From Octopus bimaculoides (lineage: Eukaryota), in contig NC_068989.1 of the NCBI RefSeq assembly GCF_001194135.2, positions 46,750,047-46,789,923 on the forward strand: DNA of 39,877 bases. The letters run 5' to 3'. This document shows positions 1-9,411 of this stretch, one piece after another (the stretch's first letter is position 1; each line of letters begins with the position of its first letter). The position numbers were made by a program, and so were the translations under genes. The notes beneath the pieces are model-generated. The model was not told where the DNA came from. It searched no databases and saw nothing but the letters and a program-made list of their open reading frames with translations.

Positions 1-17
1 TATATATATATATATAT

Positions 18-232
18 CCTGTGTTACCCCTCTGTCCGGCATTCGCCATGATAGATCGCTAGCCACTAAGTCTTTTTTTATTTTCTCTCCCTGTTTATTT
101 CTGTGTTCTTTTCTGTCGAAGAGCGTAGGCTCGAAACGTAAAAGACTCATTTCTCGAGCGTTAAACTAATACATCTGTTTGTTGTTTACAGACCCGTCTT
201 CGTCTTATGTCTTTTTGTAAATTCTCAATATA
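18..232 (+). repeat. 5' pseudo-LTR of Penelope-like element
   Basis: CCTGTGTTACCCCTCTGTCCGGCATTCGCCATGATAGATCGCT...AAATTCTCAATATA aligns over ~215 bp with 3963-4190, with scattered substitutions and indels. Confidence 0.9.
107..145 (+). ncRNA. minimal type I hammerhead ribozyme-like motif (core variant) in 5' pseudo-LTR
   Basis: TCTTTT-CTGTCGA-A-GAGC-GTAG-GCTC-GAAA-CG-TA-AAAGA: core CUGNNGA/GAAA, 4-bp stem II, U-rich/A-rich stem I and vestigial stem III (ACGU). Confidence 0.6.
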
Positions 233-785
233 TATTACACGCTCACGCGGTCGCACCAGTTTTATCCTGTCACCACCTAATAACACTTTGAACTTTTCTT
301 GGACTATTCTACCTGGATTCTCTACCTGGACTTTCTTCTACTCTCCTAATCGCAGATTCCTACACTTCAGCTGCACCTCTCTTGCCCATGGGTTACAATG
401 GATTCTTCCGTTGATGAGAATTCACTCTAATACACCACAACGTTTGAACCTTTTGAACTTTTCTAAACTTTTTTGTACTTTCTGCTTTTTCCTATTGTCG
501 TTTCTCTCAATCCTCACTTGTTACCTTGCCTCTCACTCACAACCTTTCTTTTTCCTTTTGTCTTCTCTTCTCCCTTTCTCTTCTTTTTCTTCTTGATTTA
601 TTTTTTCCTCCCGCCTATTGTATTTTTGTCCTTGCACCATTTGCATTTTTTCTCCTCACGCCTTTTGCATTTTTCTCCCTACACCTTTTGAATTTTTCCT
701 CTTACATCTTTATTTGTCTTTCTCTCCCCCTCCCCTTCTTTTCTTTTTTTCTCCCTTCTATCTCTTTTCTTCTCGTTTTTCAATC

Positions 786-2895
786 ATGCCCGATTACAAA
801 TCTTCCTCCTCTACCTTCACCACCGCCTAAAAAACCTTTCCACACCTCCACTGCTTTCAACCTTCTATTAACCTTTCGCTATTAATTTTCATAAAAATAC
901 GCTTTTCCAGCCACGTTTCCTTTCTCAGTCACTGCCTTCATCACCGCCTCATCCCTAAAGGTTTCCGCCTCCATTTCCACTCCATTCTCCATTCTACTTC
1001 AACCATCCTACCCATACACCGTACTACCTCCTACTGCCTTATGCGCGCCACCATTCGTTCTAATCTCTCCAAAATACACACCATCGACTGCCTTCTCCCT
1101 ATTGCTTTTTCCATCTTCTTCTCTTCTCAGTCGCCCTCCCATGCTAACACTACTTTACGTTACATAATTCATTTAAATCATCTCTTTCATAAGTTTCTCG
1201 CTCACATCAAACAACGTAAACTCCACGCACTCCTCCATTCCATCACACCCGATGCCACTACCCCAAATCCTCCCCTTNNNNNNNNNNNNNNNNNNNNNNN
1301 NNNNNNNNNNNNNNNNNNNNNNNNNNNNNNNNNNNNNNNNNNNNNNNNNNNNNNNNNNNNNNNNNNNNNNNNNNNNNNNNNNNNNNNNNNNNNNNNNNNN
1401 NNNNNNNNNNNNNNNNNNNNNNNNNNNNNNNNNNNNNNNNNNNNNNNNNNNNNNNNNNNNNNNNNNNNNNNNNNNNNNNNNNNNNNNNNNNNNNNNNNNN
1501 NNNNNNNNNNNNNNNNNNNNNNNNNNNNNNNNNNNNNNNNNNNNNNNNNNNNNNNNNNNNNNNNNNNNNNNNNNNNNNNNNNNNNNNNNNNNNNNNNNNN
1601 NNNNNNNNNNNNNNNNNNNNNNNNNNNNNNNNNNNNNNNNNNNNNNNNNNNNNNNNNNNNNNNNNNNNNNNNNNNNNNNNNNNNNNNNNNNNNNNNNNNN
1701 NNNNNNNNNNNNNNNNNNNNNNNNNNNNNNNNNNNNNNNNNNNNNNNNNNNNNNNNNNNNNNNNNNNNNNNNNNNNNNNNNNNNNNNNNNNNNNNNNNNN
1801 NNNNNNNNNNNNNNNNNNNNNNNNNNNNNNNNNNNNNNNNNNNNNNNNNNNNNNNNNNNNNNNNNNNNNNNNNNNNNNNNNNNNNNNNNNNNNNNNNNNN
1901 NNNNNNNNNNNNNNNNNNNNNNNNNNNNNNNNNNNNNNNNNNNNNNNNNNNNNNNNNNNNNNNNNNNNNNNNNNNNNNNNNNNNNNNNNNNNNNNNNNNN
2001 NNNNNNNNNNNNNNNNNNNNNNNNNNNNNNNNNNNNNNNNNNNNNNNNNNNNNNNNNNNNNNNNNCCTAGTGGCTTCCCTCCCCTCTCACATCCATGACA
2101 CCAACCATGCTCTTCGTTTGTTCAACTCCTTCTCCTTCCCTTCCGGCCCCTCTAAACTTCTCTTCATTCTTGACATAAAGAGTCAATACACAGTGATCCC
2201 TGACCACGAGGGGCTGCGTGCACTCCAACATTTCCTTGACCTTCGACCCAACCCCCAACCTGAAACATCCACACTCGTTCGTCTGGCCGAACTTGTCCTC
2301 TCACTTAACGGCTTCTCGTTCGCTGGTGATTTTTAACAGCATATCTCGGGAGTGGCCATAGGAACGAGAATGGGCCCCAGCTGTGCGAACCTGTTCGTTG
2401 GCTACGTTTAAGCCCAAATATTCTCACGTTTCACAGGTCCCACTCGTGAACTATACGGTCATTATATTGACGACTGTATCAGTGCGACCTCACTCTCCCG
2501 CGAACATCTAGACTCCTTCCTTTCTTGACATTTCGGTAAGCATTCATCATTCCACTCTCACCACCTCCATCCACTACAAACGCACGGACTCACACTCATA
2601 CCTCAACTTCTCCTCCTCCCATCCTAAACACACCAAGCTCTCCATACCCTATTCCCAATTCCTCCGTCTACGCAGGCTCTGTGGTGACAACTATGACTTT
2701 GAGACTCAGTCGCATCTCATGGCTCGCCACTTCATCCTACGTGGATATCCCCTCACCACTATCCACACTGCCCTTGTCAGAGTACTTTCCGTGGACCGTG
2801 CATCTGCTCTCTTCCCCACACCCACCCGCTATCATCGTCTCCTGTTTCCCATCACCTACCACCCACCACCCTACTTCTCCAACGCGCCATTCTCC
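786..2895 (+). pseudogene. Penelope-like reverse transcriptase ORF, disrupted
   Basis: ATG 786 (stop at 828) is in frame with SHVSFLSHCLHHRLIPKGFRL (~900-975). After the gap: DTNHALRLF..LFILDIKSQYTVIPDHEG..LVRLAELVLSLNGFSF, GVAIGTRMGPSCANLFVG and catalytic YIDD (2463-2474). After a frameshifting deletion (~2520): FLDISV..YLNFSSSHPKHTKLSIPYSQFLRLRRLC..RGYP. Stops at 2334 and ~2409. Confidence 0.9.
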
Positions 2896-3962
2896 NNNNN
2901 NNNNNNNNNNNNNNNNNNNNNNNNNNNNNNNNNNNNNNNNNNNNNNNNNNNNNNNNNNNNNNNNNNNNNNNNNNNNNNNNNNNNNNNNNNNNNNNNNNNN
3001 NNNNNNNNNNNNNNNNNNNNNNNNNNNNNNNNNNNNNNNNNNNNNNNNNNNNNNNNNNNNNNNNNNNNNNNNNNNNNNNNNNNNNNNNNNNNNNNNNNNN
3101 NNNNNNNNNNNNNNNNNNNNNNNNNNNNNNNNNNNNNNNNNNNNNNNNNNNNNNNNNNNNNNNNNNNNNNNNNNNNNNNNNNNNNNNNNNNNNNNNNNNN
3201 NNNNNNNNNNNNNNNNNNNNNNNNNNNNNNNNNNNNNNNNNNNNNNNNNNNNNNNNNNNNNNNNNNNNNNNNNNNNNNNNNNNNNNNNNNNNNNNNNNNN
3301 NNNNNNNNNNNNNNNNNNNNNNNNNNNNNNNNNNNNNNNNNNNNNNNNNNNNNNNNNNNNNNNNNNNNNNNNNNNNNNNNNNNNNNNNNNNNNNNNNNNN
3401 NNNNNNNNNNNNNNNNNNNNNNNNNNNNNNNNNNNNNNNNNNNNNNNNNNNNNNNNNNNNNNNNNNNNNNNNNNNNNNNNNNNNNNNNNNNNNNNNNNNN
3501 NNNNNNNNNNNNNNNNNNNNNNNNNNNNNNNNNNNNNNNNNNNNNNNNNNNNNNNNNNNNNNNNNNNNNNNNNNNNNNNNNNNNNNNNNNNNNNNNNACC
3601 TCATCCCTTAAACCCGACCCTTGCTTCCCCACTCTCGCCTCCCCATACCCCAACACCACCACACCATATCACACCCCACCCCACCACCACCACAACCCAC
3701 ACCACCGCACGATGCCACGCCACACACCACCATACCACAGCACACCACATAACACCACCTCGCACATACTAGCATGGACCACTTCTCAGCACTCACACCA
3801 GCGTGCACACTAGCACCTACACCATCATCCACACACCTACACATTCACACACGCACAGGTCAAGTTCACCACTCTCCTTCCACACGCTCTCACATACATA
3901 CGCACGCACACCTTCGTTTTGGGATCACCACTACTTTATTATCTCCCCTTCTTCGTAGATCT

Positions 3963-4190
3963 CCTGTGTGACCCCTCTGTCCGGCATTCGCCATGATAGA
4001 TCGCTTGCCACTAAATCTTTTACTATTTTCTCTACCTGTTTATTTCTGTGTTCCTTTCTGTCGAAGAGCGTAGGCTCGAAACGTAAAAAGATTTTCTTAT
4101 TTCCCGTGCGTTAAACTAATACATCTTTTTGTGTTTACACACCCATCTTCGTCTTTTGTTTGTTTTTTTTTTTGTTTAAATTCTCACTAT
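3963..4190 (+). repeat. 3' pseudo-LTR of Penelope-like element
   Basis: CCTGTGTGACCCCTCTGTCCGGCATTCGCCATGATAGATCGCT...AAATTCTCACTATA is a direct repeat of 18-232, followed by (TA)n. Confidence 0.9.
4052..4091 (+). ncRNA. minimal type I hammerhead ribozyme-like motif (core variant) in 3' pseudo-LTR
   Basis: TCCTTT-CTGTCGA-A-GAGC-GTAG-GCTC-GAAA-CG-TA-AAAAGA; core and stem II are identical to 107-145. Confidence 0.6.
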
Positions 4191-5227
4191 ATATATATAC
4201 GTACATATATATGGCGAGATGTCAGTGTGCATGAAGGTGTCTGTGATTTTCTTTGTATATATCTGTTGGTATCTCATCTATTTATTTTCACATGTGCGTA
4301 GGCGTGCGTGTACGCGTGTATTCATGTGCCTGTAAGCCCTGTGTGTGTGTGTGTGTACGTATGTATGCATTTATGTATATCGTGTAATTGTTATAGTGAG
4401 CATTAAGTGTATATAATATTTGAGTTGACGATGACCTCATTGCTTGTCACACAGTTGCACTCGAAGCAGGTGGGCGGAAGGACAATAGAAGTTGCTCAGC
4501 TGTAACTTGTCTCTTAATTATTCCACACAGATATGTGTGTATGAGCCATTGATTACCTGTTTGTGTATGAGCATGTGTGTTTGCGTATGTGAGCATGTAT
4601 ATGCTTTTGTGTGTATTTGTGATTGTGCGTGCGTGTGTGAGTGTGTGTATTATTATGCAAAGATATTTCTGTATCTGTATGCGTATGCCTTAGCATAGAT
4701 TATGTTCCTATTTATTGTAGAGGTTACATTAATATTAACTGAATACTTATATGCGTCTTCGTCTTTTTAGACCGTGTTAAAATATCTGTGTAAGCATGCG
4801 CGTATGTGTGTGTGTGTGTGCGTGTGTTTGTAAGTTGTAAATAGCTTTGTGTGTGTGTGTGTGTGTCTGTGTGTGTGTGTATACTCATATTTCAATGTAG
4901 TTCGTTCAGTTTTAGCGGCTTAATTGTCGTACCATATTTAGTGGGTGTAACCAATGGAAATAATAAAAATAATGAAACAATTCCTATCTTAGGAGGCGCC
5001 TTAGGTATGATAAAAAATATTCAGACAAATACATAACAAAAACACCAGGACTTACAATATATATAACATACAGAAAATTGCACTATTGAGCATTGCACAC
5101 ATCCTACGCAAAACACTTTCAATACAGTAACCATAAGAGCTTCACAGCAAACCACAGCACATACCCAAGGCACACAGAGCTGCGCTCGGTAGTGAAGTGA
5201 AAGCACGTTATAAAAATAAAACTACTG

Positions 5228-5239
5228 AACAACAACAAC

Positions 5240-5317
<78 letters not shown>

Positions 5318-5320
5318 AAT
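5228..5320. repeat. (AAC)n/(AAT)n microsatellite
   Basis: Direct reading. Confidence 0.98.
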
Positions 5321-5324
5321 TAAT

Positions 5325-5665
5325 GCAAATCCCTTAAAATTTGAAATAGGAAGAATTTGGAGCATATGACCAGTTAATGTCGTGCCTACTGGTACGTCGG
5401 GAACTGTAAGCAAAGGGATAGACAAATAGCTGAAGGAGATTGAAATAGAATGCTCGGTAGAGCTCCCACAGAAAGGTTTGTCTCTTAGGGACGACAAAGA
5501 TTATCAGGACGGTTATAAGCACTCGAAAGACTGCTAAAAACTTACGGATACCTAAGGTTACAGGTAGTAACGTGCTACCCACGTAAATCCTACCTCGAAT
5601 AAGACCGAACCTGAGCCAAACCAAAATAACAATAATAGTAATAGTAACAATAATAATGATAATGA
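5325..5665 (+). mobile_element. 5'-truncated R4/Dong-like non-LTR retrotransposon 3' end (REL endonuclease C-terminus, 3'UTR, AAT tail)
   Basis: Reads LKFEIGRIWSI*PVNVVPTGTSGTVSKGIDK*LKEIEIECSVELPQK, then (frameshift) CLLGTTKIIRTVIST, resembling the C-terminus of R4-clade ORFs. Embedded in and ending in (AAT)n. Confidence 0.75.
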
Positions 5666-5717
5666 TCCCTATTAATTGGTGTGTTTATGATTTTACGATT
5701 CGGCATAGGAGACTACA

Positions 5718-5833
5718 GGAATAAGTATCAGATTTTAAAAAGAAATAAGTACAAAGGGTGATTCGTTCGAGTAAATCTTTGAAGGTCGTGCCCCAGCATT
5801 GCCAAAATCCCATGACGTAAACAAGCAAATGAT
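5718..5833 (+). mobile_element. SINE 3' fragment (same family as 34493-34946), old
   Basis: GGGTGATTCGTTCGAGTAAA..AAGGTCGTGCCCCAGCATTGCC resembles GGGGTCGATTTATTCGGCTAAAAGGTGGTGCTCCAGCATGGCC at ~34862-34905. Confidence 0.55.
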
Positions 5834-5987
5834 ATATTTTTTTTTAAACTAGGAATTTGGTGCCGTTGCTGGCCCAATCAGCACCTTGGATTTTCCGCGC
5901 TCATTTAATATAATACGCAACTGCATGTTCGTTAGCTTTTCACATATCTGTGAAGCCCGTCTGACGACAATATCTGAACTACTCTTA

Positions 5988-6420
5988 AGGCGGCAAGCTG
6001 GCAGAAACGTTAGCACGACGGGCAAAATGCTTAGCGGCATTTCGTCTGTCGTTACGTTCTGAGTTCAAATTTCGCCGAGGTCGACTTTGCCTTTCAACCT
6101 TTCGGGGTCGATAAATTCAGTACCAGTTACGCACTGGAGTCGATGTAATCGACTTAATTCTTTTGTCTGTCCTTGTTTGTCCTCTCTACGTTTAGCCCTC
6201 TGTGGGCAATAAAGAAATAAGAAACGTTAGCACGCCGGGCGAAATGCTTGGCGGTATTTCGTCCGTCGTTACGTTCTGAGTTCAAATTCCGCCGAAGTTG
6301 ACTTTGCCTTTCAACCTTTCGGGGTCGATAAATTAAGTGTCAGTTGCGTACTGGGGTTGAGCTAATCGACTGGCCTTCTCCCCCAAAATTTCGGGCATGC
6401 GCCTATAGTAGAAAAAAATA
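5988..6420 (+). mobile_element. tRNA-derived SINE (family A), head-to-tail dimer
   Basis: A-box-like CTGGCAGAAACGTTAG, B-box-like GAGTTCAAAT and central GACTTTGCCTTTCAACCTTTCGGGGTCGATAAATT. The second unit restarts at 6221 (GAAACGTTAGCACG) with a different 3' end; other copies at 16458-16655 and 26309-26526. Confidence 0.85.
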
Positions 6421-6819
6421 TCTGAAATACTCTGAGCGGGCAAAACTCTTTATGTGAAAATTCAAGTTCGTTTCACATCCTCGAGTGGACAATTGTCTTA
6501 TCTTATTTGATTAATTTATTTTTTTGGTTTGTTATTTACGAATCCAGTTCGATATCAATTTAGTGTGTGAAAATTGAGTTAAATAAAATTCTGTTGAACC
6601 TCATCGAATGGATTGTATCTGTATTTCAAACATCTAGCCTTATCAGAAAATATGAGGCTGATCCTATCCATGAATTAGGTTTAGAAAACTCAGGTCTTTT
6701 ACGAAGATCGGCAACATACATGTTAATTGAATGAACAAGTGTTTCTGTTGATGTATCAACCGTATACCCATCAACATGGCTGGAGATCCATTACACATAG
6801 AGACATACAAGCACTAAAA

Positions 6820-6820
<1 letters not shown>

Positions 6821-6877
<57 letters not shown>
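6821..6877. repeat. (ATCT)n microsatellite
   Basis: Direct reading. Confidence 0.98.
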
Positions 6878-6950
6878 CCAAATAAACACACGCACTATAT
6901 ATTCGATCTTCACTCTTTTGTTACTTTTCCTATTTTACCTTATATCCATT

Positions 6951-6993
6951 GTCCGGAAATATTTCGTCACACATCTGTGACCTCTTCAGCGAC
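6951..6993 (-). ncRNA. type I hammerhead ribozyme-like motif with canonical core
   Basis: Minus strand reads GTCG-CTGAAGA-G-GTCACA-GATG-TGTGAC-GAAA-TATT-TC-CGGAC: intact CUGANGA and GAAA, perfect 6-bp stem II, short stem I. Confidence 0.7.
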
Positions 6994-7062
6994 CCTTTCT
7001 GTCCGCGTGTGTCCTCCTACTCCGCTTAATCCATTCTGTATCTATTTCACATATATATTTCC

Positions 7063-7336
7063 CAGTAGTGACCAGACTATCGGATATCGACTTACAACGC
7101 TGGTCACAATGCACTTTACATTGTTTTGTACTTCAAAGGACACCACCCGCTGGCTAGGCGAGTAGGCTAACATTACTGCTCTTCAGAAGAATATTCAGTC
7201 GCAGAGTTAACCATTGAATGGACTGAGACAACGTGAAATGAAGCGTTTGGCTCAAGAACAAAATGCTTCGCCCGGTCATGGTATCGAACCCACGATCTAT
7301 CACTCGTCAGTGCAACACTCTAACCATTATACTACG
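7063..7336 (-). mobile_element. SINE-containing insertion (tRNA head at ~7218-7336) flanked by 9-bp direct repeat
   Basis: Reverse-strand A/B boxes (CTAACCATT, GGTATCGAACCC). TATATTTCC occurs at 7054-7062 and 7337-7345. 7063-7215 may be composite. Confidence 0.65.
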
Positions 7337-7339
7337 TAT

Positions 7340-7575
7340 ATTTCCTATTTAGTATTGGGTATGTGTCATTTATGAGGGCGTACTCCTGTATTTGTCTGAG
7401 TGTTGGGTCTCTTGGGTGCTTGGATAAAATGTTGATATCAAGTTGACCCAGGTTGCCTACATGTTGGTCATTGGCATGTTGGTAGAGTATGAAAGACTGT
7501 TTTTGTCGTCATATTGTCTCAAATGTACATTCAGTCTTTCCACAATGCTCCTAGATGTCTCCCCTTAGGTATATC
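7340..7575 (-). pseudogene. GIY-YIG endonuclease remnant of Penelope-like element
   Basis: Minus-strand translation GETSRSIVERLNVHLRQYDDKNS, (frameshift) FILYQHANDQHVGNLGQLDINILSKHPRDPTLRQIQEYALINDTYPILNRK matches the GET-x5-R-xx-EH...H...R-xx-xE...LN layout of Penelope GIY-YIG domains. Confidence 0.8.
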
Positions 7576-8011
7576 ATTATGGAAAGACTAAATTATAACA
7601 GACAGTGTCAATGACTATTGAAAAGGTTGCAAGTCGCAACGAATATTTCAGGAAAAATAAATAAATGAATGGAAACTTTACTGGTGAGTGTGTTAAATAA
7701 TAAGGCACTAAAAGAGAATGACTCTCCCAAAACACAATAAAAAGAAGCTATAATATTTTTATTAAGCAAGACGAATTGACTGGGCAACCCCTTAACGTAG
7801 ATGGGAACCCATTAACGAAGGTTATGCTAGAGTACTCATAGTACCCCTTACGTCACTATTTGAACCTACTATACACAAAGGTACACCTCAGTACCTGTCA
7901 CGTCGATAGACAAACAGGAAATCTTCCACAAAATAACTCAGAAAATTTTCATACACCACTCCCCGCGGCTTTCACTAGCAATCTCTGACTTCAGAATTTT
8001 ATAAAAATCGA

Positions 8012-8340
8012 GTGAAGATGCATAGCCTAGTGCTTAGGCCATTCGGCTCACTGTCAGGAATTCGATTCCTGGCACATTGTGCCCTCGAGCAAGACATTTT
8101 CTTCCACTTTACTCCGGTCCACTCAGCTGGCAAAAATGAGTTGCATCTGTAATTTAAAGGGTCAACCTTGTTACATTCTGTGTCATGCTGGATCTCCCTG
8201 ATAACTACGTTGACGGTACGCGTGTCTGTGGAGTGCTCAGCCACTTGCACGTTAATTTCACGTTAATTTCACATCCGATCAATGTTTCGTTGATCGGATC
8301 AGCTGGAACCTTCATCGTCGTAACCAGTGGAGTACCAGTC
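8012..8340 (+). mobile_element. tRNA-derived SINE (family B); an extra copy of its 3' tail lies at ~8400-8460
   Basis: A box TAGCCTAGTGCTTAGG, B box GGAATTCGATTCC; head and upper body similar to 7218-7336 and 16195-16440 (reverse). Tail GTTGATCGGATCA(G/A)CTGGAAC..GTCGTAACC occurs twice. Confidence 0.8.
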
Positions 8341-9341
8341 ATATTATATTTTCATAAATCGACAGATTATATGGATAAGCAAGCATATATCGTTATTTGA
8401 ACAGGCTGTTCCGTTGATCGGATCAACTGGAACATTCGACGTCGTAACCGACGAAGTACCAATTACATAAAACTGAAGCCATCTTCTAAGTCAATACTTT
8501 GGATTTCTCCACCTCATTCTTCATTTTGTTTAATAGTTCTATCATTTCCTGTCCTGTTTTGCAAATAACTGTTAATTTTATTTACAATGGGGCTGGGAAA
8601 GAAATGGCTCTCGTCACTTTTTTTTATTTGCTTTATATTAGGGTGGATTCATGTGTAAGAATCCCATTATATATTATTTTTAGTTTGTTTTTGAACTTAC
8701 CCATGTTTTCCAGCAGTCAATCATTGTTGATATCTTTTGTACATTACACAATCTCTCAGATCTTCCCTCAACCTTACTCATTATTACTAAACTATAAATG
8801 AGTCACATAGGTTATTGAGTCACTTTTTTCCCCCTGGTTTTACGATGCCATAAAAATACACGCACGCATACCGCAACCACATGCATCAACCCACAGACAC
8901 AGACACACAACTATATATACACAAATACAATCATTTATATATACATACATACGCATGCGCGCAAGAAAAATACTTAGGCATACATATCGATACATTTGGT
9001 ATGTACACAAACATGCGTAGATAAAATTACAACATTGACATTGAACCATGCATATAGTCAGTCATGAGCATACCATACATAATATATACACATACAGAAG
9101 ACACCAAACATACATACAAATACATATATAAACAAGTATGTATGTGTGTATGTGTGCATATATCTATCTATCTATCTATATATATATATATATGTATGTA
9201 TGNNNNNNNNNNNNNNNNNNNNNNNNNNNNNNNNNNNNNNNNNNNNNNNNNNNNNNNNNNNNNNNNNNNNNNNNNNNNNNNNNNNNNNNNNNNNNNNNNN
9301 NNNNNNNNNNNNNNNNNNNNNNNNNNNNNNNNNNNNNATAT

Positions 9342-9342
<1 letters not shown>

Positions 9343-9398
<56 letters not shown>

Positions 9399-9407
9399 CA
9401 GATAGAT
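9343..9407. repeat. (GATA)n microsatellite
   Basis: Direct reading. Confidence 0.98.
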
Positions 9408-9411
9408 GCTA

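Larger units (their letters stand above)
18..4190 (+). mobile_element. Penelope-like retroelement (Neptune-like RT), near full length, decayed, with direct terminal repeats (pseudo-LTRs), inserted in (TA)n
   Basis: Direct repeats at 18-232 and 3963-4190 enclose a disrupted ORF with Penelope-type N-terminal and RT motifs; both outer flanks are (TA)n. Two N-gaps (1278-2065, 2896-3597) hide part of the ORF. Confidence 0.9.
6890..7610 (-). mobile_element. second Penelope-like element, 5'-truncated (GIY-YIG plus 3' region with hammerhead), interrupted by a SINE-containing insertion
   Basis: GIY-YIG remnant (7340-7575) lies upstream, on the same strand, of a hammerhead motif (6951-6993). Outer boundaries are approximate. 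Confidence 0.7.

Noticed and set aside
207-885. Several overlapping Phe/Leu/Ser-rich ORFs
   Set aside because: Products of the pyrimidine-rich 5' region of the Penelope element; only the frame from ATG 786 carries family motifs.
4474-4488. Possible 15-nt microexon (CACAG|TTGCACTCGAAGCAG|GTGGGC)
   Set aside because: Too short to distinguish from chance splice-like motifs.
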